Shown: positions 37,633-46,940 of the stretch, one piece after another | Layout of the letters: the number at the start of each line of letters is the position of its first letter | Numbering within the stretch: position 1 is the first letter of the stretch | NCBI GenBank assembly: GCA_000995065.1 | Contig: LBWX01000002.1 | Span: 159,708 to 223,707, forward strand | Origin: a candidate division CPR2 bacterium GW2011_GWC2_39_35 | GTDB taxonomy: Bacteria; Patescibacteriota; CPR2 | DNA: 64,000 nt | Direction of reading: 5' to 3' | The notes under the pieces: generated by a model | What the model saw: the letters and a program-made list of their open reading frames with translations, nothing else | Told to the model about the DNA's origin: nothing | Database searches by the model: none | Program-made: the position numbers and the translations under genes

Positions 37633-37851
37633 ATGGCAAATTATGTACCAAAGAAAACATGCCGTTTTTGCGGCGAAAAAAATGATTATGTAGATTATAA
37701 GGATGTAAAACTTTTGCAAAAATATCTGTCAGGATACGGAAAGATCGATGCAAGGAAGGCATCCGGTAATTGTCTTAGACATCAAAGAGTAGTTTCTAAG
37801 GCTCTAAAAAGAGCTCGAATGATGGCACTACTCCCATTTACTACTAGGTAA
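37633..37851 (+). CDS. rpsR: 30S ribosomal protein S18
   Basis: CRFCGEKNDYVDYKDVKLLQKYLSGYGKI...KALKRARMMALLPF. Confidence 0.9.
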   Translation: MANYVPKKTCRFCGEKNDYVDYKDVKLLQKYLSGYGKIDARKASGNCLRHQRVVSKALKRARMMALLPFTTR

Positions 37852-37858
37852 GGTTATT

Positions 37859-38419
37859 ATGTACGGCATCACAGACTTAAAAACCGGAACTACAATAGAT
37901 ATTGATGGCGCCCCTCATATTGTACTCGAATATCAACACATAAAGATGGGTCGCGGCGGCGCCGTTCTAAAGGCAAAGTTAAGGAATCTAGTGACCGGTT
38001 CTTCATTTGAGACTAGTTTTAAGGGCGGCGAAAAAATTGTTCCGGCCACTTTAGAGAGAAGAAGCGCTCAGTTTATGTATGAGGACGAGGGCAGCTATTT
38101 TTTTATGGACAATACGTCTTATGAACAATTTAGCTTATCCACCAAAGACTTAGGTGCGAACGTGAATTATTTAAAAGAGGGTGAGGCGGTAGACGTTCAG
38201 TATTACAAAGATAAGCCTTTAAATATTCAACTTCCAATTAAGATGGATTTTATGGTTATTCGAGCCGAAAAAGGCTTAAAGGGAGACAGCGCTACAGGAG
38301 CCACGATGCCGGTAACCATTGAAACCGGACTTACTGTTACTGTGCCTTTATTTGTAAAACAAGGCGATAAAATCCGTATCGATACTAGGACCGGGAGTTA
38401 TGTGGAGAGGGTTAAGTAA
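37859..38419 (+). CDS. efp: Elongation factor P
   Basis: LEYQHIKMGRGGAVLKAKLRNLVTG contains the conserved KPGKG-loop region of EF-P. Three OB domains, 186 aa. Confidence 0.9.
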   Translation: MYGITDLKTGTTIDIDGAPHIVLEYQHIKMGRGGAVLKAKLRNLVTGSSFETSFKGGEKIVPATLERRSAQFMYEDEGSYFFMDNTSYEQFSLSTKDLGANVNYLKEGEAVDVQYYKDKPLNIQLPIKMDFMVIRAEKGLKGDSATGATMPVTIETGLTVTVPLFVKQGDKIRIDTRTGSYVERVK

Positions 38420-38430
38420 ATTTAAAAAGT

Positions 38431-38476
38431 AAAAAGGGTCGAACACTCATTAGAGCGTTCGACCCTTTTTACTTTT
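38431..38476 (+). terminator. Rho-independent terminator after efp
   Basis: AAAAAGGGTCGAACactcattagagcGTTCGACCCTTTTTacTTTT: a 13-bp stem followed by a T-run. Confidence 0.6.
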
Positions 38477-38523
38477 CCCTTTTGAGTTTTGACATTTGAG
38501 TCTGCATAACGTAAGTTATATTC

Positions 38524-39252
38524 ATGAAAAAGCGCATTGATGAATTTTTAGTGGAAAAAGGCTTGGCGGATTCTCGCGAAAAAGCCAAAAGGCTGGTAAT
38601 GGCGGGCCAAGTTTATATTGGAGAACAGAGAATAGATAAACCAGCGCAAATGGTAGAAGAAACTGCGGATGTCTATGTTAAAGAGCAATTTCCTTATGTT
38701 TCACGGGGAGCCTTAAAGCTAGAAAAAGCTTTCCGGGAATTTAAGATTGATTTTAAGGATAAAGTCATTGCCGATATTGGTGCTTCCACCGGCGGTTTTA
38801 CGGACTTTTCATTGCAGCACGGTGCTAAAAAGTCTTATGCTATTGACGTGGGTTACGGGCAGCTTGCCCATAAACTTCGTCAAGACACCCGGGTTATTAA
38901 CATGGAGCGGACGCATTTTCTAGATGTCGAAATATTGCCCGAAAAAATCGATATTTTTGTGGCGGATGTTTCCTTTATTTCTCTTAAAAAAATCATCCCT
39001 CACATTAAAAAAATTGTTCAAAACCAGGGTGAAACATCGGACGTTATTGCCTTAGTAAAGCCGCAATTCGAAGTCGGCAAGGAGGTGGCAGATCGTTATA
39101 AGGGGGTTATCGTTGATCAAAATATTAGATCAAAAGTACTAAAAGATATTGTAGATTTTACACTAAGCCAGGGTTTTAAAGTTTTAGGCACCACCGAGTC
39201 CCCAATTGAGGGGGCAAAGGGGAATAGGGAATATCTGATCTACTTTAAATAG
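38524..39252 (+). CDS. tlyA: TlyA-family rRNA 2'-O-methyltransferase (hemolysin A-like), S4 + FtsJ fold
   Basis: N-terminal S4 domain RIDEFLVEKGLADSREKAKRLVMAGQV. Motif DIGASTGGFT is the SAM-binding site. Confidence 0.8.
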   Translation: MKKRIDEFLVEKGLADSREKAKRLVMAGQVYIGEQRIDKPAQMVEETADVYVKEQFPYVSRGALKLEKAFREFKIDFKDKVIADIGASTGGFTDFSLQHGAKKSYAIDVGYGQLAHKLRQDTRVINMERTHFLDVEILPEKIDIFVADVSFISLKKIIPHIKKIVQNQGETSDVIALVKPQFEVGKEVADRYKGVIVDQNIRSKVLKDIVDFTLSQGFKVLGTTESPIEGAKGNREYLIYFK

Positions 39253-39292
39253 GAAACAGGAAATTAAAGCTTTCTCAAAAAGATTAGGAACC

Positions 39293-40369
39293 TCATTTTG
39301 TCAGTTCAATGATGGCATCCAGTATAATTTTTGTTCCGATTACGAACTTATCGATTTCTAAGTATTCTCTAGTGGTGTGATAATCGTTCCCCGATGCCCC
39401 CGTTGTGATACACTTAATGCCATGTCGGTTAAAGATATTAGCATCAGTTAAGCCCCCGGTTGAAGTAAAGTTATATTTAATGCCGTTTTGCCGCCCGCAT
39501 TCTACAAGTAGTTTAACCATTGGGTCTGTTTCTTGATGTTTGTAGGCTTTGCCGCGCAAGTTAGCTTGAATATCAATTGTTCCGCCATATTTTAAAGCCG
39601 TTTCTTTAAAAGTTTCGATTAACTTTTTTGTATAAAATTCAAATTTTTTATCATTTCTGCTTCTGACTTCCGCTTCAAGAGTCACTTTTTCTGGTATAAT
39701 GTTTCTGGCCATACCACCGTTTATAAGGCCCACGTTGGAAGTCGTTTCAAAATCAATGCGTCCGAGTTTGAGTTTAGATATAGCTTTGGCGGCAATTTGT
39801 ATGGCATTAATACCGTTTTCGGGGCGAGTCCCCGAATGTGCGGCTTTCCCCGTTATCTCGATATCAAAATGCATAAGAGATGGCTCGTTAGATACGATAT
39901 CGCCGGGTTTGCTATCTAAGTTTATGGACTGTTTGGCTTTAAGCTTAGTAAAATCAAGATTTGAGGAGCCGATAGGTCCAATCTCTTCTTTCACCGTGAA
40001 AACAACTTCCAATTCAACCTTAAGACCATTTTCTTTTATTGAGGTTAAAATTTCTAGAATGGCTGAAACACCGCTTTTATTATCTGCACCTAAAATTGTA
40101 GTGCCATCGGTTTTGATGATATTGCCTTCGATGATTGGTTTAATGCCTTTGCCGGGTTTTACGGTATCTGTGTGGGCAGCAAGCATGAGTTTGGGATTTG
40201 GGTCATTGGAACAAATTAGGTTTCCAATTTTATCAATATCGGTTTTAAATCCCAAATCATCCATTTCTTTCTTAAGATAAGCGATGATTTCTTGTTCCTC
40301 GCCGGATTCACTGTCGATTTGAACCAGGGTTAGAAAGGTTTGAATTAGTCTTTCACGATTAATGTCCAT
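39293..40369 (-). CDS. M20-family metallopeptidase, peptidase T (tripeptidase)-like
   Basis: Metal ligands AAHTDTV and GADNKSGVSAILE (PepT-like H-x-D-T-V and D-N/D-K-x-G motifs). Length 358 aa. Confidence 0.6.
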   Translation of the reverse strand: MDINRERLIQTFLTLVQIDSESGEEQEIIAYLKKEMDDLGFKTDIDKIGNLICSNDPNPKLMLAAHTDTVKPGKGIKPIIEGNIIKTDGTTILGADNKSGVSAILEILTSIKENGLKVELEVVFTVKEEIGPIGSSNLDFTKLKAKQSINLDSKPGDIVSNEPSLMHFDIEITGKAAHSGTRPENGINAIQIAAKAISKLKLGRIDFETTSNVGLINGGMARNIIPEKVTLEAEVRSRNDKKFEFYTKKLIETFKETALKYGGTIDIQANLRGKAYKHQETDPMVKLLVECGRQNGIKYNFTSTGGLTDANIFNRHGIKCITTGASGNDYHTTREYLEIDKFVIGTKIILDAIIELTK

Positions 40370-40371
40370 AT

Positions 40372-41469
40372 CTATTTACTCACATTAAACTTAAAGACCA
40401 TCACATCGCCGTCTTTTGTGATGTAATCTTTACCCTCGGCGCGGACTTTGCCTTTTTCCTTTGCGCCGGTCCAGCCAAGTTCGGCTAGATCTTTCCAATT
40501 TACGACGTCGGCGGAGATAAAGCCTTTTTCGAAATCGGTATGGATTTCGCCGGCGGCCTTGGGGGCCGTCCAGCCTTTCTTGATGGTCCAGGCGCGAACT
40601 TCCATCTCGCCGGCGGTAAAGTAAGTGATGAGGCCTAAAATTTCGTAAGCTTCCCTAATTAAACGATCAAGACCCGTATCTTTAAGTCCTAACTCCTCTA
40701 AGTATTCTTTTTGCTCGGCTTCATCTAAATCTTGTAGGTCTTGTTCTAGTTTGGCGGATATAACGACATAGTCTTCATTGGTTTTCGGGAGTTTAGGGTT
40801 TGCCGCTTCATTTTCATTGACGTTAAAGATATAGATATGAGGTTTGGCAGTAAGAAGATTTAGTTCCCCTAAAGGGTTCAACCCTTTTTCTTCATTTTCA
40901 AAAGGGTCGAACCCTTTTTGAGACAAGAGAGTCCGTGCCGGTTTCCCATCTTCTAACCATTGTTTAACTTTTTTTAAAACAACCAATTCTTTTTCCGCTT
41001 GTTTGGGATTGGTTTTGCTTAATTTTTCGGTGCGGCTAATTGCTTTGTCCACGGTCTGAAGATCGGCAAATATTAGCTCCATAGAAATTGTATCCATGTC
41101 CGAGGTTGGGTTAACGGCGCCCTCGACATGCAAAACGTCCGGGTTTTCAAAAATCCTAACCACCTCGGCAATAGCGTCGCACTCCCTGATGTTAGCTAAG
41201 AACTGATTGCCCAACCCCTCTCCCTTATGCGCGTCCTTTACGATTCCGGCAATATCGATAAATTCGACAACTGCCGGAATAATTTTTTCTGTCTTGACGG
41301 CTTTGGCCAAAGGTTCTAAGCGATTATCGGGCACGTTAACCACGCCCACGTTCGGATCTATGGTGCAGAACGGGTAGTTCCTGGCTTCTACCTGATTTTT
41401 AGTTAAGGAGTTAAACAATGTCGATTTGCCTACGTTTGGCAAACCTACTATGCCTATTGATAATTTCAT
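40372..41469 (-). CDS. ychF: Ribosome-binding ATPase YchF (Obg-family)
   Basis: GIVGLPNVGKSTLFN G1 motif, coiled-coil insert, and C-terminal TGS domain (...GEIHTDFEKGFISADVV...). Confidence 0.9.
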   Translation of the reverse strand: MKLSIGIVGLPNVGKSTLFNSLTKNQVEARNYPFCTIDPNVGVVNVPDNRLEPLAKAVKTEKIIPAVVEFIDIAGIVKDAHKGEGLGNQFLANIRECDAIAEVVRIFENPDVLHVEGAVNPTSDMDTISMELIFADLQTVDKAISRTEKLSKTNPKQAEKELVVLKKVKQWLEDGKPARTLLSQKGFDPFENEEKGLNPLGELNLLTAKPHIYIFNVNENEAANPKLPKTNEDYVVISAKLEQDLQDLDEAEQKEYLEELGLKDTGLDRLIREAYEILGLITYFTAGEMEVRAWTIKKGWTAPKAAGEIHTDFEKGFISADVVNWKDLAELGWTGAKEKGKVRAEGKDYITKDGDVMVFKFNVSK

Positions 41470-41678
41470 AACCCGTTTATTATCTCATTTTTGAACGTAA
41501 AAAACAAGAAAAATGAGCTGAGAAACACCCTCACTTTTCTTTGCCAGGCAAGAATTACTCTTTATAATAGGTTTTAAAAGGGTGGTTCAGATAAAAACGG
41601 TTGACACTTGACCTGTAAAAAAGCAAAATAATAGCTAGGAGGGTTATTCCTCTTTTAGTTAAGTTAAGTAGAGGAGAT

Positions 41679-44375
41679 ATGATGTTTAGATCTTCAAGAT
41701 TCAAAAAGGTTAGTGTAATTTCGTTTTTCTCGCTTTTTGCTTTGGCGGGAATTTTTTATTTAGGCTGGAATAATTACAAAGACAAGCAGCCCTTGGCTAC
41801 CGTCGGCGACATGAAAATCACATCCCCGGATTTAAAAGCAAAAATTTGGGAAACGGACCTGAAGGGGACGCCTGCCGAACCTTCCAAGGTTGATAAAGTA
41901 GCACAAGGCTACTTGCTCGATTCCTTAATCGAAGAAGAGATTATAAAGAAAGAAGCTGATAAATTAAAAATTACAGCTACAGACAAAGAAATCGAAGATA
42001 GAGCAAAGGCTGATGTAAGCCAGTATGCATTTATGCCAAGCTACCTGCAGGCCAAAATAAAAGAAAATACAAGGGCAGTCGTCTTAAAAAAGAAAATTGA
42101 GGAGAAGGCGGTCAGCTGGAAAGAAGGCAAGACTCTTATTGCCAGATACGATAGATACACTTTTTTAAAAGACGCCAATAAAGACAGCGATAAGCAACAC
42201 GCAGAGACAGTTTTAAAGGATTTAAGAGGTAAGGTGGCATCGGGAGCAGTGACTGTTGATGACGCCATAAAGAGCTTGGAGGCTGATTCGGTAGTAGGCC
42301 TAGAGGCCTACAAGCCAAATTCGCCGGTTATGAGCCATAGTTTTAATAAGGATAAATGGCAGACGGGAGATTTATATTCAAACGAGGCTTTTAGAGAAGG
42401 TACCAAAGGCATCGAAAAGGATAAAATTAGCGAGGTTTTTGAGGTTAAGCTTACCGGTGCCAACGACAAAGAAGATGGCGGGATGTTAGTGGCGGTTTTT
42501 GTAACCTGCAGCAACAGTTACGAAAAAGATAAATATTATTCATATGCAGATTGGCTAAAGGATAAACAGAGAGAATATGGCGTCAAAAAATATTCCTTGC
42601 TTGACGACCAAAGCATTACAAAAGCAATCTACTCAAAACTAGCCTTAGGTGCTAAAAAGTTATTTGCTTCGATTCCCGCTTTTGCCGGTTGTAGCGGCGG
42701 CCTTACGCCTTCGGGAAGTAGCTACCCAACAGCTCTTAAAGTTACTTTTAAATACATTCCAAGCTTAGGTGGAGATCCTGTTGCCTTGACTACGGCCGAT
42801 GTTTCGGTAAATTTTAATCCTAACAGCAGTCAATCTAATCCTTGGAACGAACCATGTGAAACAAGCGGTGTTTATGTTCTTCCCAATGACACTACTGTGC
42901 CAAATGCTAATGAAATGCATACAATGTCCGGAACTACCGGATCCGTAAGCGCCGGAAGTGATGCCACGGTTAAGTTTGGATATAAAGGTTGCGGCGGTGA
43001 TGATAATCATGCCTTTAGCTGTTATTGCGGCGCGAGTGCTAACGACGAACAGTACTATATCATTAACATGAACTATACCGGCAGCACGGGCGGAAAATGG
43101 ATTACGTCTAGGATGTACGGCACTGATTATGGATTAATAAGTGATAACGGGAAGTCAACTTTCAAATTCGACACCGCCGGACATAACGGCGAAACAATAA
43201 TGGTAGATCTAATTTGGGCAAATGAGGCCCCAAACCAATATCCGATTCAGGTAATGGCCGTGGTTCCTGATTTTCAAGATGGATATGGTGTCCAGAGGGT
43301 TGTATCGTCAAATAGTAGTAACGATTGTACCGGAGGGGTCATTGTAGCAGCGCCTCAGATTACGCCCAGCTATAGAATTAGCGCCAATGCTATTGTTATA
43401 AAGGCCAACGAAACTGCAAATCCTTACACTATGGCGTACAGTGCCGGATGCACTGCTACTTACGTAACGGATTCCAATACAAGGACGATCTTAAGTAGCG
43501 GATATGAATTTGTAAAAATTGGGTATAAATATGCCGGCAAGCAGGAAATCTTTGTTGCTAGCGAAACAGCAATTGTTAATTTAGATAGTCTTACTACAAA
43601 CGGTGGCCAAGAACCCGTAAAAGTAACTTTTTATTGGAAGAAGAAAGGTACAAGCGGTTCTGGTGATAATCCAAATGCTCCGGATGATTTGGCCGATCCC
43701 GTCTCTGATGCTAAGTGGGGCAGCTTGAATCCGGAATGCGATGACATGCAAGCTTTACCAATTACCACTAATACCGGCACTGCTGTTACTCTGCAATGTA
43801 AGCCGAGAGTAGAGTATGAGGCGCCAACAGGCATTGACGATAGCCCGTCTATAGGAACGGGTAGAGTATATACCGGCAATACCGGTACGTGTAATGAGAG
43901 TTGTTGTGCTGACTATGATTCAGAAGGGGAACCTACAGGCACTTGTCATGGTTGTAATCCTTGCACCTGGAGAGATTGGTGGAAATACGATAAAAACAAC
44001 GGGCGTTTTGAGCCTATGATATCGAACGCTACTTTTACTATCGATTGGGGAGATGGCGAAGCCAAAAAGACAAAGTTGACCTTCTCAAACGTCAATGTTT
44101 ACCAGTTAAACGAAATGCTTGCCGCTAATACAAAGTACCAGCATTTATACACCGAGAGCGGCAGGTTTACCATTAAGACAACCCTCGATATAACGGCTTC
44201 ATGGCATCGAAAGAAAGTCGAAGAAGATTCAAGCTGTGGATGTGAACCGGATCCAACCGAAGACGAGCCACACACTTACAGCCAAACCGAAACCTGTGAA
44301 TACGGAGTTGAAGTTGTTGTGATGGGATCTAATGAGTCATCGACCGTAGAAGTGGCTCCTCAATCAACACCATAG
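41679..44375 (+). CDS. Large exported protein: N-terminal TM anchor, SurA-N/PpiD-like chaperone-like region, ~550-aa Cys/Thr/Gly-rich beta domain of unknown function
   Basis: Hydrophobic N-terminus. A SurA_N-like helical region (...AQGYLLDSLIEEEIIKKEADKLKITATDKEIEDRAKADV...). The C-terminal half contains >25 Cys including CHGCNPC and SCGCEP clusters. Confidence 0.5.
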   Translation: MMFRSSRFKKVSVISFFSLFALAGIFYLGWNNYKDKQPLATVGDMKITSPDLKAKIWETDLKGTPAEPSKVDKVAQGYLLDSLIEEEIIKKEADKLKITATDKEIEDRAKADVSQYAFMPSYLQAKIKENTRAVVLKKKIEEKAVSWKEGKTLIARYDRYTFLKDANKDSDKQHAETVLKDLRGKVASGAVTVDDAIKSLEADSVVGLEAYKPNSPVMSHSFNKDKWQTGDLYSNEAFREGTKGIEKDKISEVFEVKLTGANDKEDGGMLVAVFVTCSNSYEKDKYYSYADWLKDKQREYGVKKYSLLDDQSITKAIYSKLALGAKKLFASIPAFAGCSGGLTPSGSSYPTALKVTFKYIPSLGGDPVALTTADVSVNFNPNSSQSNPWNEPCETSGVYVLPNDTTVPNANEMHTMSGTTGSVSAGSDATVKFGYKGCGGDDNHAFSCYCGASANDEQYYIINMNYTGSTGGKWITSRMYGTDYGLISDNGKSTFKFDTAGHNGETIMVDLIWANEAPNQYPIQVMAVVPDFQDGYGVQRVVSSNSSNDCTGGVIVAAPQITPSYRISANAIVIKANETANPYTMAYSAGCTATYVTDSNTRTILSSGYEFVKIGYKYAGKQEIFVASETAIVNLDSLTTNGGQEPVKVTFYWKKKGTSGSGDNPNAPDDLADPVSDAKWGSLNPECDDMQALPITTNTGTAVTLQCKPRVEYEAPTGIDDSPSIGTGRVYTGNTGTCNESCCADYDSEGEPTGTCHGCNPCTWRDWWKYDKNNGRFEPMISNATFTIDWGDGEAKKTKLTFSNVNVYQLNEMLAANTKYQHLYTESGRFTIKTTLDITASWHRKKVEEDSSCGCEPDPTEDEPHTYSQTETCEYGVEVVVMGSNESSTVEVAPQSTP

Positions 44376-44454
44376 AAAAGGGCACCTTTAAATATTGCTT
44401 GAAAGATAAACTTGTTATTGATATCCTATAAATGACAAAAGGAGGGTAGTTTAA

Positions 44455-45492
44455 TTGGGCCTATTTAGCAAAAGTGAAGATTTTTTCGGACTAGATATCG
44501 GGTCTATGGCCATTAAGCTGGTTCAGCTTAGAAATACTTCGGATAAGCCCTCCCTTGTTACCTATGGGACGGCGAATATTCCTCTCGGGCTTTCGCAAAG
44601 CGACAGCGAGATTGATATTCGGAGGCTTGCCGAAGTTGTAAAGCAGCTTGCTAAAGGCACTCGGGTAACCACCAAAAATGTGGTTACATCATTGCCGGAG
44701 AACCAGGTTTTTACTCTGGTAACAAAGATACCCCAAATGCCTCCTTTGGAGCTTGCAAAAGCGGTTAAGTGGCAGGCCGATCAAAATCTGCCAATAAAAA
44801 TTGATGATGTAAAGCTGGATTGGCAGGTTATTAATGCGCCTAAGGATGGCAACATTCCTTTTACAGTCATGATTATTGCGGCGCCGATAGAACGAGTAAA
44901 AAGGATTGCCAAGTTAATTGACGAGGCCGGTCTTAACTTATTAGCGCTGGAGACGGCTAATATTGCGATAGCGAGAGCGCTTGCCAATTTGCCTGGCTCT
45001 AAGATAATGATTCTAGATATTGGCGCCATGACGACCGAAATCGCTATCGTAGAGAATCATATAATGCTTCATTCCAGAAGCGTAACTGTCGGCGGTGAAG
45101 CTTTTACCAGGGCAATTTCGCATACTCTGGGTCTTGACCTTACTCAGGCAGAGCAGTTTAAAAAGAAATTTGGTTTAACATTAGACAAATTAGAAGGACG
45201 AGTCTTTAAAGCCGTCAAACCGATCCTTAGCAATATAGTAGACGAGGTTGCAAGGTCAATGCAGTATTTCGAGGAACAATTTGGTTCCAGAGTAGACTTA
45301 GTCCTTATAAGCGGCGGTTCGGCTAAAATGCCGGAGATGGCCACCTTTTTTGCAAAAACATTGAACATTGATGTTCAGATAGCTAATCCCTGGAAAAGAA
45401 TTTCTTTTCCGGTTAGCGTTCAAGAAGATATCTTAAACAATGCGCCGGATTACGCCACGGTAATCGGTCTTGCCATGAGGGAGGCAAAATGA
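44455..45492 (+). CDS. pilM: Type IV pilus assembly protein PilM (actin-like ATPase)
   Basis: FGLDIGSMAIKLVQL N-terminus. ASKHA fold motifs (DIGAMTTEIAIV, ISGGSAKMPEM). Confidence 0.85.
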   Translation: MGLFSKSEDFFGLDIGSMAIKLVQLRNTSDKPSLVTYGTANIPLGLSQSDSEIDIRRLAEVVKQLAKGTRVTTKNVVTSLPENQVFTLVTKIPQMPPLELAKAVKWQADQNLPIKIDDVKLDWQVINAPKDGNIPFTVMIIAAPIERVKRIAKLIDEAGLNLLALETANIAIARALANLPGSKIMILDIGAMTTEIAIVENHIMLHSRSVTVGGEAFTRAISHTLGLDLTQAEQFKKKFGLTLDKLEGRVFKAVKPILSNIVDEVARSMQYFEEQFGSRVDLVLISGGSAKMPEMATFFAKTLNIDVQIANPWKRISFPVSVQEDILNNAPDYATVIGLAMREAK

Positions 45493-46067
45493 AAATAAAC
45501 TTAATACCGGAAGAGAAATCGACCGAAATTAAAGAACAAAGATCCAACTTTACGGCTACGGCAATTGCGATTGTGATTGCAGCTACCGTAATTGGCTTGA
45601 CGGTTCTTCTTCTTAGTGTCAACAAGCTTAAATCTAAGCAGATAGATGATGATAAGAGAAGTATCGATCGAATAAAAAAGGAACTAAAAGATTACGCCGA
45701 AGTCGAAAAAACTCTAATTACAGTCGAAAGCGGAATTGAGGATATAAAGAAGCTGAATGATTCTTCGTTTAAATGGAATCGGGTTTTGATGGAAATCGAA
45801 AAAACGCTTCCTGATGATGTAGTGATAAAAAGCTACGAAAATAACGAAGGAAAGATAAGTATGCGAGCAACTGCCATATCGGTTGAGACCATGAACAAAC
45901 TATTAGAGTCCTTAATGAATCATAAAGTTGCTAAAGCGGGTGATGATAGCATAAGCCCACAAGCTTTATTTAAAGACGTTAAATGTACCGGCTATACAAA
46001 AATAAGCGATAATCAAATTGATTTTGACGTTTCGTTTCAGGTAGAGGGAGGTATCTTATGGAATTAG
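45489..46067 (+). CDS. pilN: Type IV pilus assembly protein PilN
   Basis: Short cytoplasmic N-terminus, single TM (IAIVIAATVIGLTVLLL), then periplasmic coiled-coil. Start overlaps pilM by 4 nt. Confidence 0.6.
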   Translation: MKINLIPEEKSTEIKEQRSNFTATAIAIVIAATVIGLTVLLLSVNKLKSKQIDDDKRSIDRIKKELKDYAEVEKTLITVESGIEDIKKLNDSSFKWNRVLMEIEKTLPDDVVIKSYENNEGKISMRATAISVETMNKLLESLMNHKVAKAGDDSISPQALFKDVKCTGYTKISDNQIDFDVSFQVEGGILWN

Positions 46068-46618
46068 AAAATCAAGGAAGAAGCGGCTACAGTGCTTTAG
46101 TAATCGTAATTGCCATCATTTTTGCCATACTCGTTTCTGTTTTAGGAATTCGGCCGCTTTTAGCTTCTAACGCTAAACTAACCAAAGAGAGAGATCAGAA
46201 GCTTGCGGAGCTTAAACGGTATACCCAAAAAAGAGATATTCTGGTAGATGCTGCCAAAAAAGAAACCGAGCTAAATGCCTTGAAAATAAAAATCCTCGAG
46301 GCTTTACCCCAAAGCAGTGATCCAACCGCTATCTTTGCGCAGATCGAAGGTATTTCCAAAGGTCTTAATGTCGATACTAGGTCCGTCAAACAATCAAGCG
46401 CCAGTAAGGCCAAAAACGCCTCTGTCCACGAGATTGTCTTAAATGTCGCTTCCGGAGGAACCTATGATGATCTTCACAAAACTTTGGAAAAATTGGAGAC
46501 TTCTCTAAGAATATTTAACGTCAAGAAAATTAGCTTATCTCCCAAAAAGGGCGACCGAATTGATTATAGTTTTAATATTAGTACTTATTATAAGGACGAG
46601 GTGAAGCTTGAAGACTAA
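46058..46618 (+). CDS. pilO: Type IV pilus assembly protein PilO
   Basis: Single TM then coiled-coil and a small alpha/beta domain. Position after pilN, overlapping by 10 nt. Confidence 0.55.
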   Translation: MELENQGRSGYSALVIVIAIIFAILVSVLGIRPLLASNAKLTKERDQKLAELKRYTQKRDILVDAAKKETELNALKIKILEALPQSSDPTAIFAQIEGISKGLNVDTRSVKQSSASKAKNASVHEIVLNVASGGTYDDLHKTLEKLETSLRIFNVKKISLSPKKGDRIDYSFNISTYYKDEVKLED

Positions 46619-46940
46619 AGGCGATAGCAAACAAACTATTTTAGCGGCGATCCTTATTATTGTAATTGGTGGCAGCGCCTTCTTTTTTTACAGCTTAAAC
46701 AAAGGTAAAAAGACAAGCGGAGTTAAGGCCAAACCCTTGCCGTTTACCGGTAAGTATGACGTGGAAGGATTTAATAAGTTTCTAATGATTAAGGAAAACG
46801 AAGAAAGGCCATTTTACGCAGTTGTGCCGCCAGATCCGGCTCAAAGCATCTGTCGCAACATTTTTACGGGCAAAAAAAGGGACTTTAGTGCCGAAGAGAA
46901 AGCAATCTGTGAGGGTGTAGGAGAAGAAAAAAAGAACTAA
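46608..46940 (+). CDS. Small single-TM protein in the PilP position of the pilus operon
   Basis: 110 aa with TM ILAAILIIVIGGSAFFFY and a short periplasmic domain with two Cys. Overlaps pilO and abuts pilB. Confidence 0.4.
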   Translation: MKTKGDSKQTILAAILIIVIGGSAFFFYSLNKGKKTSGVKAKPLPFTGKYDVEGFNKFLMIKENEERPFYAVVPPDPAQSICRNIFTGKKRDFSAEEKAICEGVGEEKKN

